From an uncultured delta proteobacterium (GTDB lineage Bacteria > Desulfobacterota > Desulfobacteria > Desulfobacterales > UBA2156): a DNA stretch of 64,000 bases. The translations under genes were made by a program, and so were the position numbers. Positions 1 to 10,752 of the stretch are shown piece after piece (within the stretch, counting starts at the first letter, position 1; every line of letters begins with the position of its first letter). The stretch is taken from NCBI GenBank assembly GCA_963736855.1, contig CAVTQK010000008.1, forward strand, positions 32,001-96,000, read 5' to 3'. The notes under the pieces were generated by a model that was given only the letters and a program-made list of their open reading frames with translations, ran no database searches and had not been told where the DNA came from.

Positions 1-776
1 CCCCCGACGAATGCTGGGGGCTGCGCCGGGGGCGAATTCATGGTTTGGCCGAAGTTACCTCCGGGTTTAAATGCCGTCATGTAGAGCCGGACAGGATTGC
101 CTATCTCTGTATGCCCCTGGTGGCCCAAGGAGAAGCCATCGGCATCTTCCATGTCCTGCTGGGATCTGCTGATCTCCAAAAGGCGGAAGCCAAAAAGAGC
201 TTAGCCATGAGGGTTGCGGACCACTTAGGATTGGCGTTGGCCAAGCTGAAGTTGCAGGAAACACTGCAAAACCTATCGTTCAAGGACCCCCTTACCGGTT
301 TGTTTAATCGCCGCTACATGGAAGAATCGATGGAACGGGAACTGCGCCGGGCTGAACGCAAAGTGAAACAGGTAGGGGTCATTATGGCCGATATTGACCA
401 TTTTAAACGATTCAACGACACCTTTGGGCATGATGCGGGAGACACCCTCTTGCGAGAGGTTGCTAAAGTCTTGGCCAAGCAGGTTAGAGGCGGCGATATC
501 GTCTGCCGTTACGGGGGGGAGGAGTTTGCCATTATTATGCAGGAGGTCACGCTGGACATCAGCCAGAAGCGCGCCGAGTCACTCAAAGAAAGCGTTCGGA
601 ACCTGAGGGTATATCAAGGGGACCGGGCTTTGGACCCCGTTACCCTCTCTTTGGGAGTGGCAATTTTCCCGGATCACGGAAAGACATATAAGGCTGTTTT
701 AGCGGCGGCAGATGTGGCTCTGTACCAGGCCAAGCAGTCCGGACGCGACCGGGTTTGTCTGGCCGCGAACCGTTGA
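1..776 (+). CDS. GAF-GGDEF diguanylate cyclase (5' truncated by window edge)
   Basis: Frame open from position 3 (PDECWGLRRG, GAF-like), DPLTGLFNRRY, GGEEF motif and RxxD I-site (RGGD). Confidence 0.9.
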   Translation, partial: PDECWGLRRGRIHGLAEVTSGFKCRHVEPDRIAYLCMPLVAQGEAIGIFHVLLGSADLQKAEAKKSLAMRVADHLGLALAKLKLQETLQNLSFKDPLTGLFNRRYMEESMERELRRAERKVKQVGVIMADIDHFKRFNDTFGHDAGDTLLREVAKVLAKQVRGGDIVCRYGGEEFAIIMQEVTLDISQKRAESLKESVRNLRVYQGDRALDPVTLSLGVAIFPDHGKTYKAVLAAADVALYQAKQSGRDRVCLAANR

Positions 777-805
777 TCTCATTTCTCATATTGTCTCATG
801 AAGAT

Positions 806-827
806 ACCCCGCTGCTTGCGGCGGGGT
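806..827. repeat. GC-rich REP-like palindrome, possible bidirectional terminator
   Basis: ACCCCGCTGCTTGCGGCGGGGT hairpin between convergent genes, at the switch from GC-rich to AT-rich DNA. Confidence 0.55.
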
Positions 828-895
828 CCTACATCAGCATATCATGAAATCGCTCTTTTATATAATTGCCATGTTATATTCCTTTAATGTTCCTT

Positions 896-1723
896 TTATT
901 TCATAAGGTTATCGGATATCACAAGCACAGGGCAGGAAGAAGAATTAACCACTTTTTCAACGGTGTTTTTTAAAAATATATTCCTGATGCTCTTTTTTAC
1001 ACAAGAGCTCATAATGATTAAGTTTGCATTATGCTCCAAAGCAGTATCTGTGATTGCTCTGACGCCATCTCCTTTTTTCAATATTATTTTATCCGCAATT
1101 CCGGGAAAGAGTTCTTTTGTGTCTTTGATAATTTCTTCTGTTAATTTATTCTTTTTGATATCATCACCTGAAATCGGCATAAACAGCAATTCGCTGCCAT
1201 AGGCTTTAGAAATTTCATATACTTTTTTCGCGGTAATTCTAATATCCTGCAAACTACTAAATGGTATCAGGATGTTATCCCAGCCAATCGACGTGTTTTC
1301 CGGTATTACAAGAACATCTTTCGAACCAAAACGGATTATCTTTTCTGTAACCCCTTTAATTAATGCTCTGTATAAGGCATTTTTCTTACTTGTCCCTGCA
1401 ATTATAAGATTAAAATCCTCTGTTTCAGCATATTCAAGAATTTTTTCAAAAGGTTCACCTTCTACACACAAAGCTTCAATTGATGCATCAAGGTTTTCTA
1501 CAGTTTCTTTTATTTTAGCAAGAGCAATTCCACAGGGTTCATTTAACAGCGCTTTAAAATCTTTAACACCTATTAAGCTCAAATCTCCTTCATAAGAAGG
1601 CGCAACATAAATAGCGCAAACACTTCCTCTCACCCAATATGAAAGCTTTATAGATTCAGACAGAGCATGAAGACTGGCATCGGATCCGTTAACTGCTACC
1701 AGTATTTTATTATACAATCCCAT
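896..1723 (-). CDS. Tandem-domain universal stress protein
   Basis: YNKILVAVNGS start, second NILIP domain, C-terminal SSCPVLVI. Confidence 0.85.
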   Translation of the reverse strand: MGLYNKILVAVNGSDASLHALSESIKLSYWVRGSVCAIYVAPSYEGDLSLIGVKDFKALLNEPCGIALAKIKETVENLDASIEALCVEGEPFEKILEYAETEDFNLIIAGTSKKNALYRALIKGVTEKIIRFGSKDVLVIPENTSIGWDNILIPFSSLQDIRITAKKVYEISKAYGSELLFMPISGDDIKKNKLTEEIIKDTKELFPGIADKIILKKGDGVRAITDTALEHNANLIIMSSCVKKSIRNIFLKNTVEKVVNSSSCPVLVISDNLMK

Positions 1724-1760
1724 AAGTTAGCTATAAAATGGGCAAATAACATTGCCCGAT

Positions 1761-2570
1761 CTAGTCGGTATATACAGTAATAGGCAGAATTGTCATCTTA
1801 ATGCCTTTAACCCCATTCACTTTTTCAGCTTTTGCTGTCAGCTCCGGAGATATATTTGCCCTCTGATATTCATGAACTCTGGCCGTAACACTGACTATGC
1901 CATCACTGGCAGTTGTTTCAACAGAAGGGCATAAATCAAACAATTCAGCCCTGACTTCTGCCGCCAGCGCAAGATCTTCAATTCTTTTTTGAGATTCAGG
2001 AGTTGTTTTAAAATGTTCCAACGAAGCTGTATGGCAGATTATATCAGCAGCATCATCTGTTGTTATATTTTTAATATGAAGCACCAAATCATATAAGCTG
2101 CTGTCCAAGGTGTCTATCCCATATAAAAAAAGACTCCATTTTCTCCTCTGTTCATCATCTCTTTTTATATTTTTAATCGCTTTTTCTTCAGATATGTTTT
2201 CTCTTAGCATTTCAGTTCTGATTCTGTCATCCATATCTGCAATAATACGGACCTTGAGGACATGCTTTACGTCCCTAACAAAAAAATGGCCTGCAAACCC
2301 ATGATAAACGATATTATCTTCGCGAAGATATTTAAGCAGAGCCGCCTGGATATATGTAACATACATCTCTTTACCGTTGTTAAAACGGTCTAGGATCGAA
2401 GGTGCGTCGTTAATGGCTCTTGCAAGCTTCATCTCAGGTATATTAAACATTTCCGATGCATCAAGAAGTATCTCTCTTGAAATACGATCATACCCCAATT
2501 TTTTCGCAACCTTTTCAGCGACCTCTTCTCCGCCGCTATAAGAAGCTCTAGAAATAGTTATGATTGACAT
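1761..2570 (-). CDS. Cytidylate kinase-like family protein with C-terminal BON-like domain
   Basis: IITISRASYSGGEEVA degenerate P-loop, HVLKVRIIAD, YDLVL motifs; AGGAG RBS. Confidence 0.8.
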   Translation of the reverse strand: MSIITISRASYSGGEEVAEKVAKKLGYDRISREILLDASEMFNIPEMKLARAINDAPSILDRFNNGKEMYVTYIQAALLKYLREDNIVYHGFAGHFFVRDVKHVLKVRIIADMDDRIRTEMLRENISEEKAIKNIKRDDEQRRKWSLFLYGIDTLDSSLYDLVLHIKNITTDDAADIICHTASLEHFKTTPESQKRIEDLALAAEVRAELFDLCPSVETTASDGIVSVTARVHEYQRANISPELTAKAEKVNGVKGIKMTILPITVYTD

Positions 2571-2685
2571 AATAACTCCTTTACCGGATAAAATATTATT
2601 TTACCCACAGGCCCAAGACCATTGGATAGAGGGATCAATAAATTTGATATATTATAAACATCATTGCTAAAAAAAATCAAAAAAT

Positions 2686-2719
2686 AAGGAGCATGAAAAT
2701 TATATTTTCATACTCCTTA
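2686..2719. terminator. Hairpin downstream of the TauE gene
   Basis: TAAGGAGCATGAAAAT-TAT-ATTTTCATACTCCTTA inverted repeat, followed by a T-run on the minus strand. Confidence 0.5.
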
Positions 2720-2797
2720 CCTTTTATCTGAATCATATCAATAAAGTACAGTAATCTCACTTAAATGATATATGAGAAAAAATGGCTTTTGATAGCA

Positions 2798-3862
2798 TTA
2801 TGCCTTTCCATAGCTTTCTTGTGCTGCAAACCTTGGCGACCTTGCCTTCCACATGCTTCCAAGAATTATTATTGCTCCGGTTAATAGGGAAAGGCACATA
2901 ATTACAAAGCTTAGCTTCGACATCAGGTCGATGTTTCCTGAATCCACAGACATCAGACCGAGCTGAGTCAGATACTTCGGTATTGCGAGAGCCCTGCTTA
3001 CCGCAACAAGAAGCATAATCGTCCCCATTACGATTTTGATCATATGTTCCTTTACAAATGTTGTACCGATCGCCCCGAGTTGAACACCAAGAAGAGACCC
3101 TGCAAGAATAATCAGTACCAGGCGTATGTCGATCATACCATGAAGCGCCCAGTTCACAGAACCTCCCAAACCCATAACAAAAGCTATTACCAGCTCAGTA
3201 GCAGATGCTATAATGCTCGATGCTCCAACTACATATATCATTCCGGGAACTCCGATAAATCCGCCTACAGCAATTGTCGCCGCCAGCATGCCCGTAGCAA
3301 AACCGACAGGTATCGTAAACCATAAGGATATTCTTAGATTTGCTCTTTTGAAATAAATCATTGGCGGGAGATTGATGGACTGAAGTTTCTGAGCAAGCTT
3401 GCTTACTTTCTCGACACCACCGGTTTTTGATATCTTCCACGCATCATAAAAAACATACCCGCCTACAATCACAAGAATTACCACAAAAGACAAGCTTACA
3501 TAAAGATTGGATCCCGCTTCGCCCCACTTATTGAGTATGTAGTGCTGAATCTGAATTCCGGCCTGAACCCCTCCTATAGCCGAAGCTGCCATAACAAGTC
3601 CAAGCTTTAGATCCACCTGGCCGTATTTGAACCGTTTATATGCTCCTACCATTGCTTTGGGAAATTTATGACACATGTTGCTTGCCACAGCCACAGTCGC
3701 CGGCACACCAAGGCTCATCATTCCCGGAGTCAGAACAAATGCTCCTCCTGAACCTATAAAGCCGCTTACAAGTCCTCCTATAAAACCCACAATGAACAAA
3801 AACGCTATCGATATTAGATTCAAATCGATAAATTTTAAACTCTCCGCTGCTAAATCGTGCAT
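2798..3862 (-). CDS. Sulfite exporter TauE/SafE (TSUP) family membrane protein
   Basis: GFIGGLVSGFIGSGGAFVLTP and IAVGGFIGVP repeats; multiple TM helices. Confidence 0.85.
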   Translation of the reverse strand: MHDLAAESLKFIDLNLISIAFLFIVGFIGGLVSGFIGSGGAFVLTPGMMSLGVPATVAVASNMCHKFPKAMVGAYKRFKYGQVDLKLGLVMAASAIGGVQAGIQIQHYILNKWGEAGSNLYVSLSFVVILVIVGGYVFYDAWKISKTGGVEKVSKLAQKLQSINLPPMIYFKRANLRISLWFTIPVGFATGMLAATIAVGGFIGVPGMIYVVGASSIIASATELVIAFVMGLGGSVNWALHGMIDIRLVLIILAGSLLGVQLGAIGTTFVKEHMIKIVMGTIMLLVAVSRALAIPKYLTQLGLMSVDSGNIDLMSKLSFVIMCLSLLTGAIIILGSMWKARSPRFAAQESYGKA

Positions 3863-3913
3863 ATTTCCTCCTCTCTATAATTTCTTGCAATTTAATTGAA
3901 ACTGGCGCATTAT

Positions 3914-4261
3914 TTATATCCTGTGAAACGGATTGATATATGCACGAGCTCGCGGTCTTTTCCTGGCAACCTTTTGAGTCCGTACATCGTCCTGAGCACT
4001 CTTTTCAATAGTCACAACCTTGACATCCTTCTGTACTGCGTTAATTCCCATAAAAGACCATAAATTACTTGCAAATGCTCCATGAGCAAATGAAAATACA
4101 AAGACGGTCAAAATCGGTAACGCCGCATACCAGCCCCCTCGTGTAAAATAGTTTGTTACGGTATCGGCATTTGTAAAAACCGCCACGTAGAGGGCTGCAG
4201 ATATCGCACCATAACCCAAAAGTTTGCCTATCGGTTTCTTTTTATTCATTTCCTTTGCCAT
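3914..4261 (-). CDS. Small 2-TM membrane protein upstream of TauE
   Basis: Two hydrophobic segments; AAGGAGG RBS; operonic with TauE. Confidence 0.7.
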   Translation of the reverse strand: MAKEMNKKKPIGKLLGYGAISAALYVAVFTNADTVTNYFTRGGWYAALPILTVFVFSFAHGAFASNLWSFMGINAVQKDVKVVTIEKSAQDDVRTQKVARKRPRARAYINPFHRI

Positions 4262-4430
4262 TTTCTTACCTCCTTTTATATTGTTATTCGAAAAAACGCT
4301 GAAAACCGGTATGGTAACTTCTGCTGCAATTTTTTCCTTGCTTTCGTCGGATCCGGTTATTACAAATTCTATCCTTTTTATTTCATGAATATATCTGCAC
4401 GTTATAAATATGTTACATTATTTGAATACC

Positions 4431-4447
4431 CGTTGCCAAATGCAACG
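4431..4447. promoter_or_regulatory. Putative NtrC-family enhancer site
   Basis: Perfect CGTTGC-N5-GCAACG palindrome between the divergent TauE operon and lon. Confidence 0.5.
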
Positions 4448-4529
4448 CTATCATAATCATTGGAAACAGTTGCTATTACCGGCATTTTTAGGTAAATAAA
4501 TACAAATATTACCCCAAAAGGAACATATT

Positions 4530-6551
4530 ATGATTTTTACGAAAAAGTCTGAAAAACCAACGGAAGAAAATAAAAGATCCAATCAGGAACTTTTAGAGCT
4601 TCGCACTTCAATCGGAAAAGCAGGATTATCCGATTCTCTTACTTCACTGGCAATCAGAGAACTGGAACGCATGGAGAACATGGATCCTTCTGCTCCTGAA
4701 TACAGTATAGGCTTAAATTATATTGAATACCTTTTGTCTTTACCCTGGCATATATTCACAGATGATAATCTTGATTTAAGGCATGTTGAAAAAATAATGG
4801 ATTCCAAACATTACGGTTTGAATGTCATCAAAGAACGCATACTTGAATATCTTTCGGTAAGAACTCTTTTCAGTCTCCAGAAAATTCATATCATGGTCGT
4901 TGATGATGAAGAAATCGCAAGGAACAATTTTGAATATATTCTGCGCAAGGAAGGTTATGCGGTAAGCGCTGCATCAAACGGGCTCGAAGCGATCGATATC
5001 CTGAAAAAACAGCATGTAGATCTTATACTTACCGACCTTAAAATGGATAAAATGGATGGTATGCAGCTTCTGGAATTATCTAAAAAAATATCTCCACATA
5101 CGGAAATTGTGATGATAACCGGCTTTGCGACGGTCACTTCCGCCGTTGATGCGCTGAAAAAAGGTGCATTCCATTATCTTCCCAAACCTATAAATCTGGA
5201 TGAACTGCGACAAACAGTGTGCCAGATTATCGAAAAGAAAAAACATATACAAACTACCCGCAGCCCCATACTTTGTTTTGCAGGCCCTCCCGGAACCGGG
5301 AAAACTTCGGTCGGAAGAGCTATTGCAGAAGCCTTGGGAAGAAAATTCGTTCGTATTTCTCTTGCAGGGTTAAGAGACGAGGCCGACTTGCGTGGACATA
5401 GAAGAACATATGTAGGGGCGATGCCGGGAAGAATTATTAATGAGATAAAACGATCAGGATCAAGGAATCCTGTCTTTATGCTGGATGAAATTGATAAAAT
5501 CGGTCAGGACTTTCATGGCGATCCGGCTTCAGTTCTTCTTGAAATTCTTGACCCTGAACAAAACAGCCGTTTCATCGATCATTATCTCGATGCCCCTTTT
5601 GATCTGTCGGGAGTAATGTTTATTTCCACGGCAAATGTTGTTGAAAGGCTTCCGGCTCCTCTGTTAGACAGGCTTGAAGTAATCCATTTTTCCGGCTATA
5701 CTGAAAAAGAAAAGATCCACATTGCAAAGCTTCATTTGATACCTCGCTTGAAAAATGAGCATGGTTTATCAGGCTTTAACGTTGTATTTTCTGATGCTGC
5801 CATAGCAAAAATAATTCATAGCTACACCCAGGAGGCGGGGATCCGCAATTTTGAGCGCGAAATCGCAACAATCTTCCGAAAGATTGCAAGGCTTTTCCTT
5901 AAAAACAACAACGGGTCCGACAATGCAAGCTCAATAACGGTTGACGATACGCTGGTAGAAAAGCTTCTGGGCCCAAGAAAGTTTACCCATGAAATCCCTG
6001 AAAGAATAAATAAAGCCGGAATCACAACAGGCCTTGTGTGGACGGAATTCGGAGGAGAAATTATATTTATTGAAGCAAGCCTGATGAAAGGAAATCGCCA
6101 ACTCATCCTAACAGGATCGATGGGAAATGTTTTGCAGGAATCCGCACAGACGGCTTTGAGTTTCGTAAGAAGCAATGCCCAGCAGTTCGGAATAGACCCT
6201 GATTTTTTTAATGAGCGGGATATTCATATTCATATCCCTTCAGGAGCAATACCAAAAGACGGACCATCGGCCGGTATAACAATTGCCATCGCCCTTATAT
6301 CTCTTTTGACAGGTAACCCTGCGAGAAACGATATTGCTATGACTGGGGAGCTGACTTTAAGCGGAAGGGTATTAGGCGTTAGCGGAATCCGCGAGAAAGT
6401 TCTTGCTGCTCAGCGAAGCGGAATCAAAATCGTGGTTTTCCCCAAACGCAATGAAACGGATATCGCCAATATTGAACCGGAAGCAAAAGAAGGTGTAGAA
6501 ATTGTGCTTGCAGAAGAAATCCCCTCTATTGTAAAGCTTGTAATGCAGTGA
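4530..6551 (+). CDS. lon: Lon (La) protease with inserted response-regulator receiver domain, lacking the N-terminal substrate-binding domain
   Basis: GPPGTGKT, FMLDEIDK, PKDGPSAG, GIREK; REC motifs VVDDE, LTDLKM, ITGF, LPKP at ~4884-5240. Confidence 0.9.
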   Translation: MIFTKKSEKPTEENKRSNQELLELRTSIGKAGLSDSLTSLAIRELERMENMDPSAPEYSIGLNYIEYLLSLPWHIFTDDNLDLRHVEKIMDSKHYGLNVIKERILEYLSVRTLFSLQKIHIMVVDDEEIARNNFEYILRKEGYAVSAASNGLEAIDILKKQHVDLILTDLKMDKMDGMQLLELSKKISPHTEIVMITGFATVTSAVDALKKGAFHYLPKPINLDELRQTVCQIIEKKKHIQTTRSPILCFAGPPGTGKTSVGRAIAEALGRKFVRISLAGLRDEADLRGHRRTYVGAMPGRIINEIKRSGSRNPVFMLDEIDKIGQDFHGDPASVLLEILDPEQNSRFIDHYLDAPFDLSGVMFISTANVVERLPAPLLDRLEVIHFSGYTEKEKIHIAKLHLIPRLKNEHGLSGFNVVFSDAAIAKIIHSYTQEAGIRNFEREIATIFRKIARLFLKNNNGSDNASSITVDDTLVEKLLGPRKFTHEIPERINKAGITTGLVWTEFGGEIIFIEASLMKGNRQLILTGSMGNVLQESAQTALSFVRSNAQQFGIDPDFFNERDIHIHIPSGAIPKDGPSAGITIAIALISLLTGNPARNDIAMTGELTLSGRVLGVSGIREKVLAAQRSGIKIVVFPKRNETDIANIEPEAKEGVEIVLAEEIPSIVKLVMQ

Positions 6552-6555
6552 TTTG

Positions 6556-7929
6556 TCAGCTGTCAAGGTTATACCGTCTCAGTTTTCTCCATAAAGATAC
6601 CCTGTCTATATTAAGGATTTCCGCTGCTTTGCTTTTTTTATGATCAACCTGTTCAAGCACCCAGGCGATATACTCCATTTCATTTTCTTCAAGTGTAAGA
6701 AATTCCCTTTGCCGTCTGCTTTGTATCCTGAATTTTAACTGCTGAAAATCCGGCGGAAGATGGCGCATTTCAACTGTATCCCTTTCCGCCATTACCACAG
6801 CGTGTTCAATGATATTTTCAAGTTCGCGTATATTGCCCGGATACTCATAGCTTTCAAAAACAGCCATTACATCATCGGAAATATTTACAATATCTTTACC
6901 CTGCGTTTCAGAATATTTTTTTAAAAAATACCTGCACAGAACCGGAATACTTTCTTTTCTTTCTGAAAGAGGCGGAACATGCAGTGTTATGACATTGAGA
7001 CGATAGAACAAATCCTGACGAAAAGTTCCCGCTTCTATTTCCATCGCAAGATTCTTGTTGGTAGCAGCGATTATGCGAATATCAATAGGAATTTCATCCG
7101 TTCCGCCTACCCGGATTAATGTCCTGTCCTGCAGAACTCTCAACAGTTTTACCTGCATGGAAAGAGGCATATCACCTATTTCATCTAAAAATACCGTTCC
7201 TCCATCAGCAGCCTCCAGAAGACCTTTTTTTATTCCTCGTGCCCCTGTAAAAGCTTCTTTCTCATGCCCGAAGAGTTCATTGGCAAGCAACTCCTCATTA
7301 AATGCCCCGCAGTTTATTGCAAGAAATCTTTTTTCACGGCGATTGCTCAGCCGGTGAATCATTTTAGCGACCAGTTCCTTGCCGGTTCCTGTTTCTCCAA
7401 GTATAAGCGCTGTGCAATCTGTTGGAGCAATCTGCTCTATAGTCTTTTTCAAACTTTCCATTTTAGCATTATTTCCGGTAATAAAAGTAACTTCTTTCAG
7501 GCCCCCGACACGACGTTTAAGTTCTGCGATTTCATTTTTTAGAGATTTTTTTTCAAGGGCCTGCCTTACAAGAATCCGTACTTCATCTATTTTAACCGGC
7601 TTTGGTATGTAATAAAAAGCGCCCCTCTGCATTGCGTCAACTGCCGTAGCAACCGTTGCATACCCTGTTATAATGATAACTTCCGTATCCGGATACAGCT
7701 CTTTTGTCTTTTCAAGAACCTCAAGTCCGTCAACTACCTGCATTTTAAGGTCTGTGAGCACAAGATCAAATTCTGTTTTATTAAGCTCCTTTAAAGCAGC
7801 AATTCCGCTTTCAACAGATACGGTTTCATACCCTTCTTTATTAAGGATATGACCCAGATTTTCTCTTGCAATCTGCTCATCATCAACAATTAATATCCGG
7901 GCATTTTTTGTCATTATGGCCTCCTTCAA
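6556..7929 (-). CDS. Sigma54-dependent NtrC-family response regulator
   Basis: REC, GETGTGKE, GAFTGA-like (EAFTGA), C-terminal Fis HTH. Confidence 0.92.
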   Translation of the reverse strand: MKEAIMTKNARILIVDDEQIARENLGHILNKEGYETVSVESGIAALKELNKTEFDLVLTDLKMQVVDGLEVLEKTKELYPDTEVIIITGYATVATAVDAMQRGAFYYIPKPVKIDEVRILVRQALEKKSLKNEIAELKRRVGGLKEVTFITGNNAKMESLKKTIEQIAPTDCTALILGETGTGKELVAKMIHRLSNRREKRFLAINCGAFNEELLANELFGHEKEAFTGARGIKKGLLEAADGGTVFLDEIGDMPLSMQVKLLRVLQDRTLIRVGGTDEIPIDIRIIAATNKNLAMEIEAGTFRQDLFYRLNVITLHVPPLSERKESIPVLCRYFLKKYSETQGKDIVNISDDVMAVFESYEYPGNIRELENIIEHAVVMAERDTVEMRHLPPDFQQLKFRIQSRRQREFLTLEENEMEYIAWVLEQVDHKKSKAAEILNIDRVSLWRKLRRYNLDS

Positions 7930-9362
7930 ACCCGTTTATGTAAAGGAAGCCGGATTATAAACCTAGTGCCTTCTCCGACCTTGCTCTCAACCGAGATAGA
8001 GCCTTTATGCTGTTGTATAATTCCATAGACTATCGAGAGGCCTAAACCGGTTCCAATCCCTACTTCTTTTGTAGTGAAAAATGGGTCGAAAATCACATCA
8101 AAATTCTTCTCCGGAATGCCAATTCCTGTATCTTCAACAGTTATCACGGCCATTTCGCTGATATAATCCGGTCTTGCCGATACTATTATCAGCCCGGATG
8201 AGCTTTCGATAGCCTGAACCGCATTGATAATAAGATTTAGAAATACCTCTTGAATACGCTGTATATCAATATCCAGCACTAAATCGTTCGGTATATCTTT
8301 CTGAATCTCGATTCCGGAAGGCACATGGCTTGAAACAAGTTTTATCGAGCGTTCTGCCACTTCATCAAGAGAAGCGGGGGCTATAGCAAAGTCCCTGTCT
8401 CTCGAAAAGTCCAGCAGCCCCCTTACGGTATCTCTTGCCCTGTTAACTTCCTGTTCGATATTAGAAAGCAACCTGCGCATAAGTTCTGGATCCGCTTTGT
8501 CTCCTTCTTCAAGAAGTATCTGGCAGGAAGTAGAAATGTTATTTAAGGGATTATTGAGTTGGTGGGCAACGCCGGAAGTAAGAGTTCCTATTGACGACAA
8601 TTTTTTAGTTCGAACCAGTTGTTCCTGACGTTTTTCAAGTTCTGCAATCATGCGGTTGAACGCTTCGACAACCCGCTGTGTTTCATCCCTTGTATTTTGC
8701 ACCGGAAGAAAATCAAAATTTCCTCTTGCTATCTTGAGTGTTGTTTCCTCAATTATTCTCAAAGGCTTTATTATCTTTTTAGCCATGATCGGTATTAAAA
8801 ATATCCCCACTGACAGAAATAATGTTACATTAATGATAATATTCTTTTTCAATTGACCGATTATAGCAAGAATTCTTTCTCTCTCAAAAGTGACTAGGGC
8901 TATCGACCTGTCTACAAGGTTTTTTCCTTTTGCCCGCAAATTTTCTTCCAGATCATTGTCACAGGACCGTCTTCCCGCTAGAACACAAACAGCCATCTTA
9001 TCCATCAGGCTTTCATACTCTGCTAAACCCTGTTCAATCAATCCAATCTGAGGCGCACCTTTCATTTTTATCATATCTTCAGAAATGTTTGAAAGCACTG
9101 TAATGCCCTTTTGAATATAACGCCTGTTTTCATCTAGATCTTCATGAAAACCATAGAGGAGAAAGTTTTTTTCATACCTCCTTATCTCAAGTATTATATT
9201 GCTGAGATCATCAGCAACTTCAACAAGGTGTTCTTTTTGTTCTATCTGACGTAAAAACCGGTATGAATTTACACCTACAAAACCTATTACGAGAAGACAT
9301 ATGGTAAGACCGACGATTATTTTTTCGCGGATATTTAAAGAAATATTTTTTATTCTAAACAA
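7926..9362 (-). CDS. Membrane HAMP sensor histidine kinase
   Basis: Two TMs, [13 protein letters not shown]-box, N/G1/F/G2 boxes; 4-bp overlap with the regulator. Confidence 0.92.
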   Translation of the reverse strand: MFRIKNISLNIREKIIVGLTICLLVIGFVGVNSYRFLRQIEQKEHLVEVADDLSNIILEIRRYEKNFLLYGFHEDLDENRRYIQKGITVLSNISEDMIKMKGAPQIGLIEQGLAEYESLMDKMAVCVLAGRRSCDNDLEENLRAKGKNLVDRSIALVTFERERILAIIGQLKKNIIINVTLFLSVGIFLIPIMAKKIIKPLRIIEETTLKIARGNFDFLPVQNTRDETQRVVEAFNRMIAELEKRQEQLVRTKKLSSIGTLTSGVAHQLNNPLNNISTSCQILLEEGDKADPELMRRLLSNIEQEVNRARDTVRGLLDFSRDRDFAIAPASLDEVAERSIKLVSSHVPSGIEIQKDIPNDLVLDIDIQRIQEVFLNLIINAVQAIESSSGLIIVSARPDYISEMAVITVEDTGIGIPEKNFDVIFDPFFTTKEVGIGTGLGLSIVYGIIQQHKGSISVESKVGEGTRFIIRLPLHKRV

Positions 9363-9533
9363 TTTATCACCTCATCCAAATTTTCCTTATCAATATTAAA
9401 CTGAAGCAGCCACGATCTACGGTTATCCTTCAAAAACACCAATAATAGAATTTATGGCGTTTAACTGGAATTGTTGCTTCGGATTAAAATGAAGTTTCAA
9501 TCGAATCCTCTCTAATTTTACCCTGCTGTTTTA

Positions 9534-9632
9534 AAAGCTGAGGATGCTCCAGGCCCAAGGCGTCCAAGGGCGAAGCCGTAGTATTTTACTGCGAGCCCTT
9601 GGCAACGAAGGAGATTGGGCACCTTCGACTTT
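9534..9632. repeat. REP/MITE-like long imperfect hairpin
   Basis: CCAAGGGC...GTAG-TATT-TTAC...GCCCTTGG core with further pairing outward. Confidence 0.45.
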
Positions 9633-10069
9633 CCCTCCGGGGAAAAAAATGACAAATTTTTTTTGTTTTAGAAGTCACCAAAAGTCTATTCGCGAACCAT
9701 GCCTAAACGTATTCAAATGCCCTGTTATCTTTCTTTTTTTCTATACCTTGTCATGTTTTTATGCAACTGCGGGGTTTATACAAGCTGTTCAACTGATCGG
9801 AAGTCACTTTTTTATTGGCGGATTAAGTGCGGGACTGAATTGTGTTTTTCCACGATCTGCGCCCTAAGATATGGGAACCTGCAGTTGACAAGGATTATGA
9901 ATTTTCAACTATCCTAAGGTGAATGCGCTGTCAATTGGAATTTTATCGGCATATTGATGAAACTTTAGCCGATTTGAACAGAGCTCATCTGTCTGCGCCT
10001 GCCTGTCGCGTTCGCGACGCAGACAGGTGCTTCGCACAGAAAGGTCGGTTCAACTTTAACCGGTTTTTT

Positions 10070-10665
10070 TTAAAAGAATACATCCATGGGATAAACCGGA
10101 TCGGTGATGTAATTCTCTGCGTAAGGGGCGAGGCAGTCATCCCATGTTGGGGGCTCAATCATTGGCTGGTCATAGGCGACGGGTCTTGGCAGGCGTTTGA
10201 ATCGAAACAGCGAGCACATTCCCTGCAGCTTGCTGTAGGGAACTCTTCAATTCCCACAAATTCAGGCGCTTGAGTATTTTCATAATGACATCCAGGTCTT
10301 CGATCAACGCTACCACCCGCGCCTGCCTGCCGGAAGGCAGGTGATATAACGGGCCAGGTTTTCCATGGATGTCTGATCCCTGGGGAGGATTCTTTTGCCG
10401 CAATAGACGTTGAAGCCGGTATGCCGCCATTTAACCGGCAAAACGGTCGTGTCTTTTGTGATTTTGTTTTTTTCCAGGAGCATCTTGAGCACATGTTATC
10501 TGAAAAGGCGCTCCAGAGTCCGGCAATCGATGTGGGATGCGACGGGAAGCATGCCGCTCTTTTTGGGAAACAACCGTCCGACCTGTCTGCCTTGCTGCGC
10601 AGCTCCACAGGCATTGATGAGCCCGTGCAGATGGGGATTAATCCTAAAAAAATCCCCGAAGGTGC
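10070..10665 (-). pseudogene. IS91-family (HUH/Y2) transposase relic
   Basis: Fragments TFGDFFRINPHLHGLI (HUH), WRHTGFNVYCG...MENLARYI and VALIEDLDVIMKILKRLNLW, broken by stops, frameshifts and a deletion. Confidence 0.75.
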
Positions 10666-10752
10666 TATCTCTTGCAGGAAAAGTGGAGCTGTCAGTTTTA
10701 CCAGGCGTTACATAGCGGCTTTTTGTTTGACTTGACCGGGTATTGTATGTAT

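Noticed and set aside
4460..4476. Sigma54 promoter for lon (TGGAAACAGTTGC)
   Set aside because: GG-GC spacing is 8, not the required 10.
9544..10735. Plus-strand ORFs of 70-116 aa
   Set aside because: Shadows of repeats and of the minus-strand IS91 relic; no recognisable motifs.
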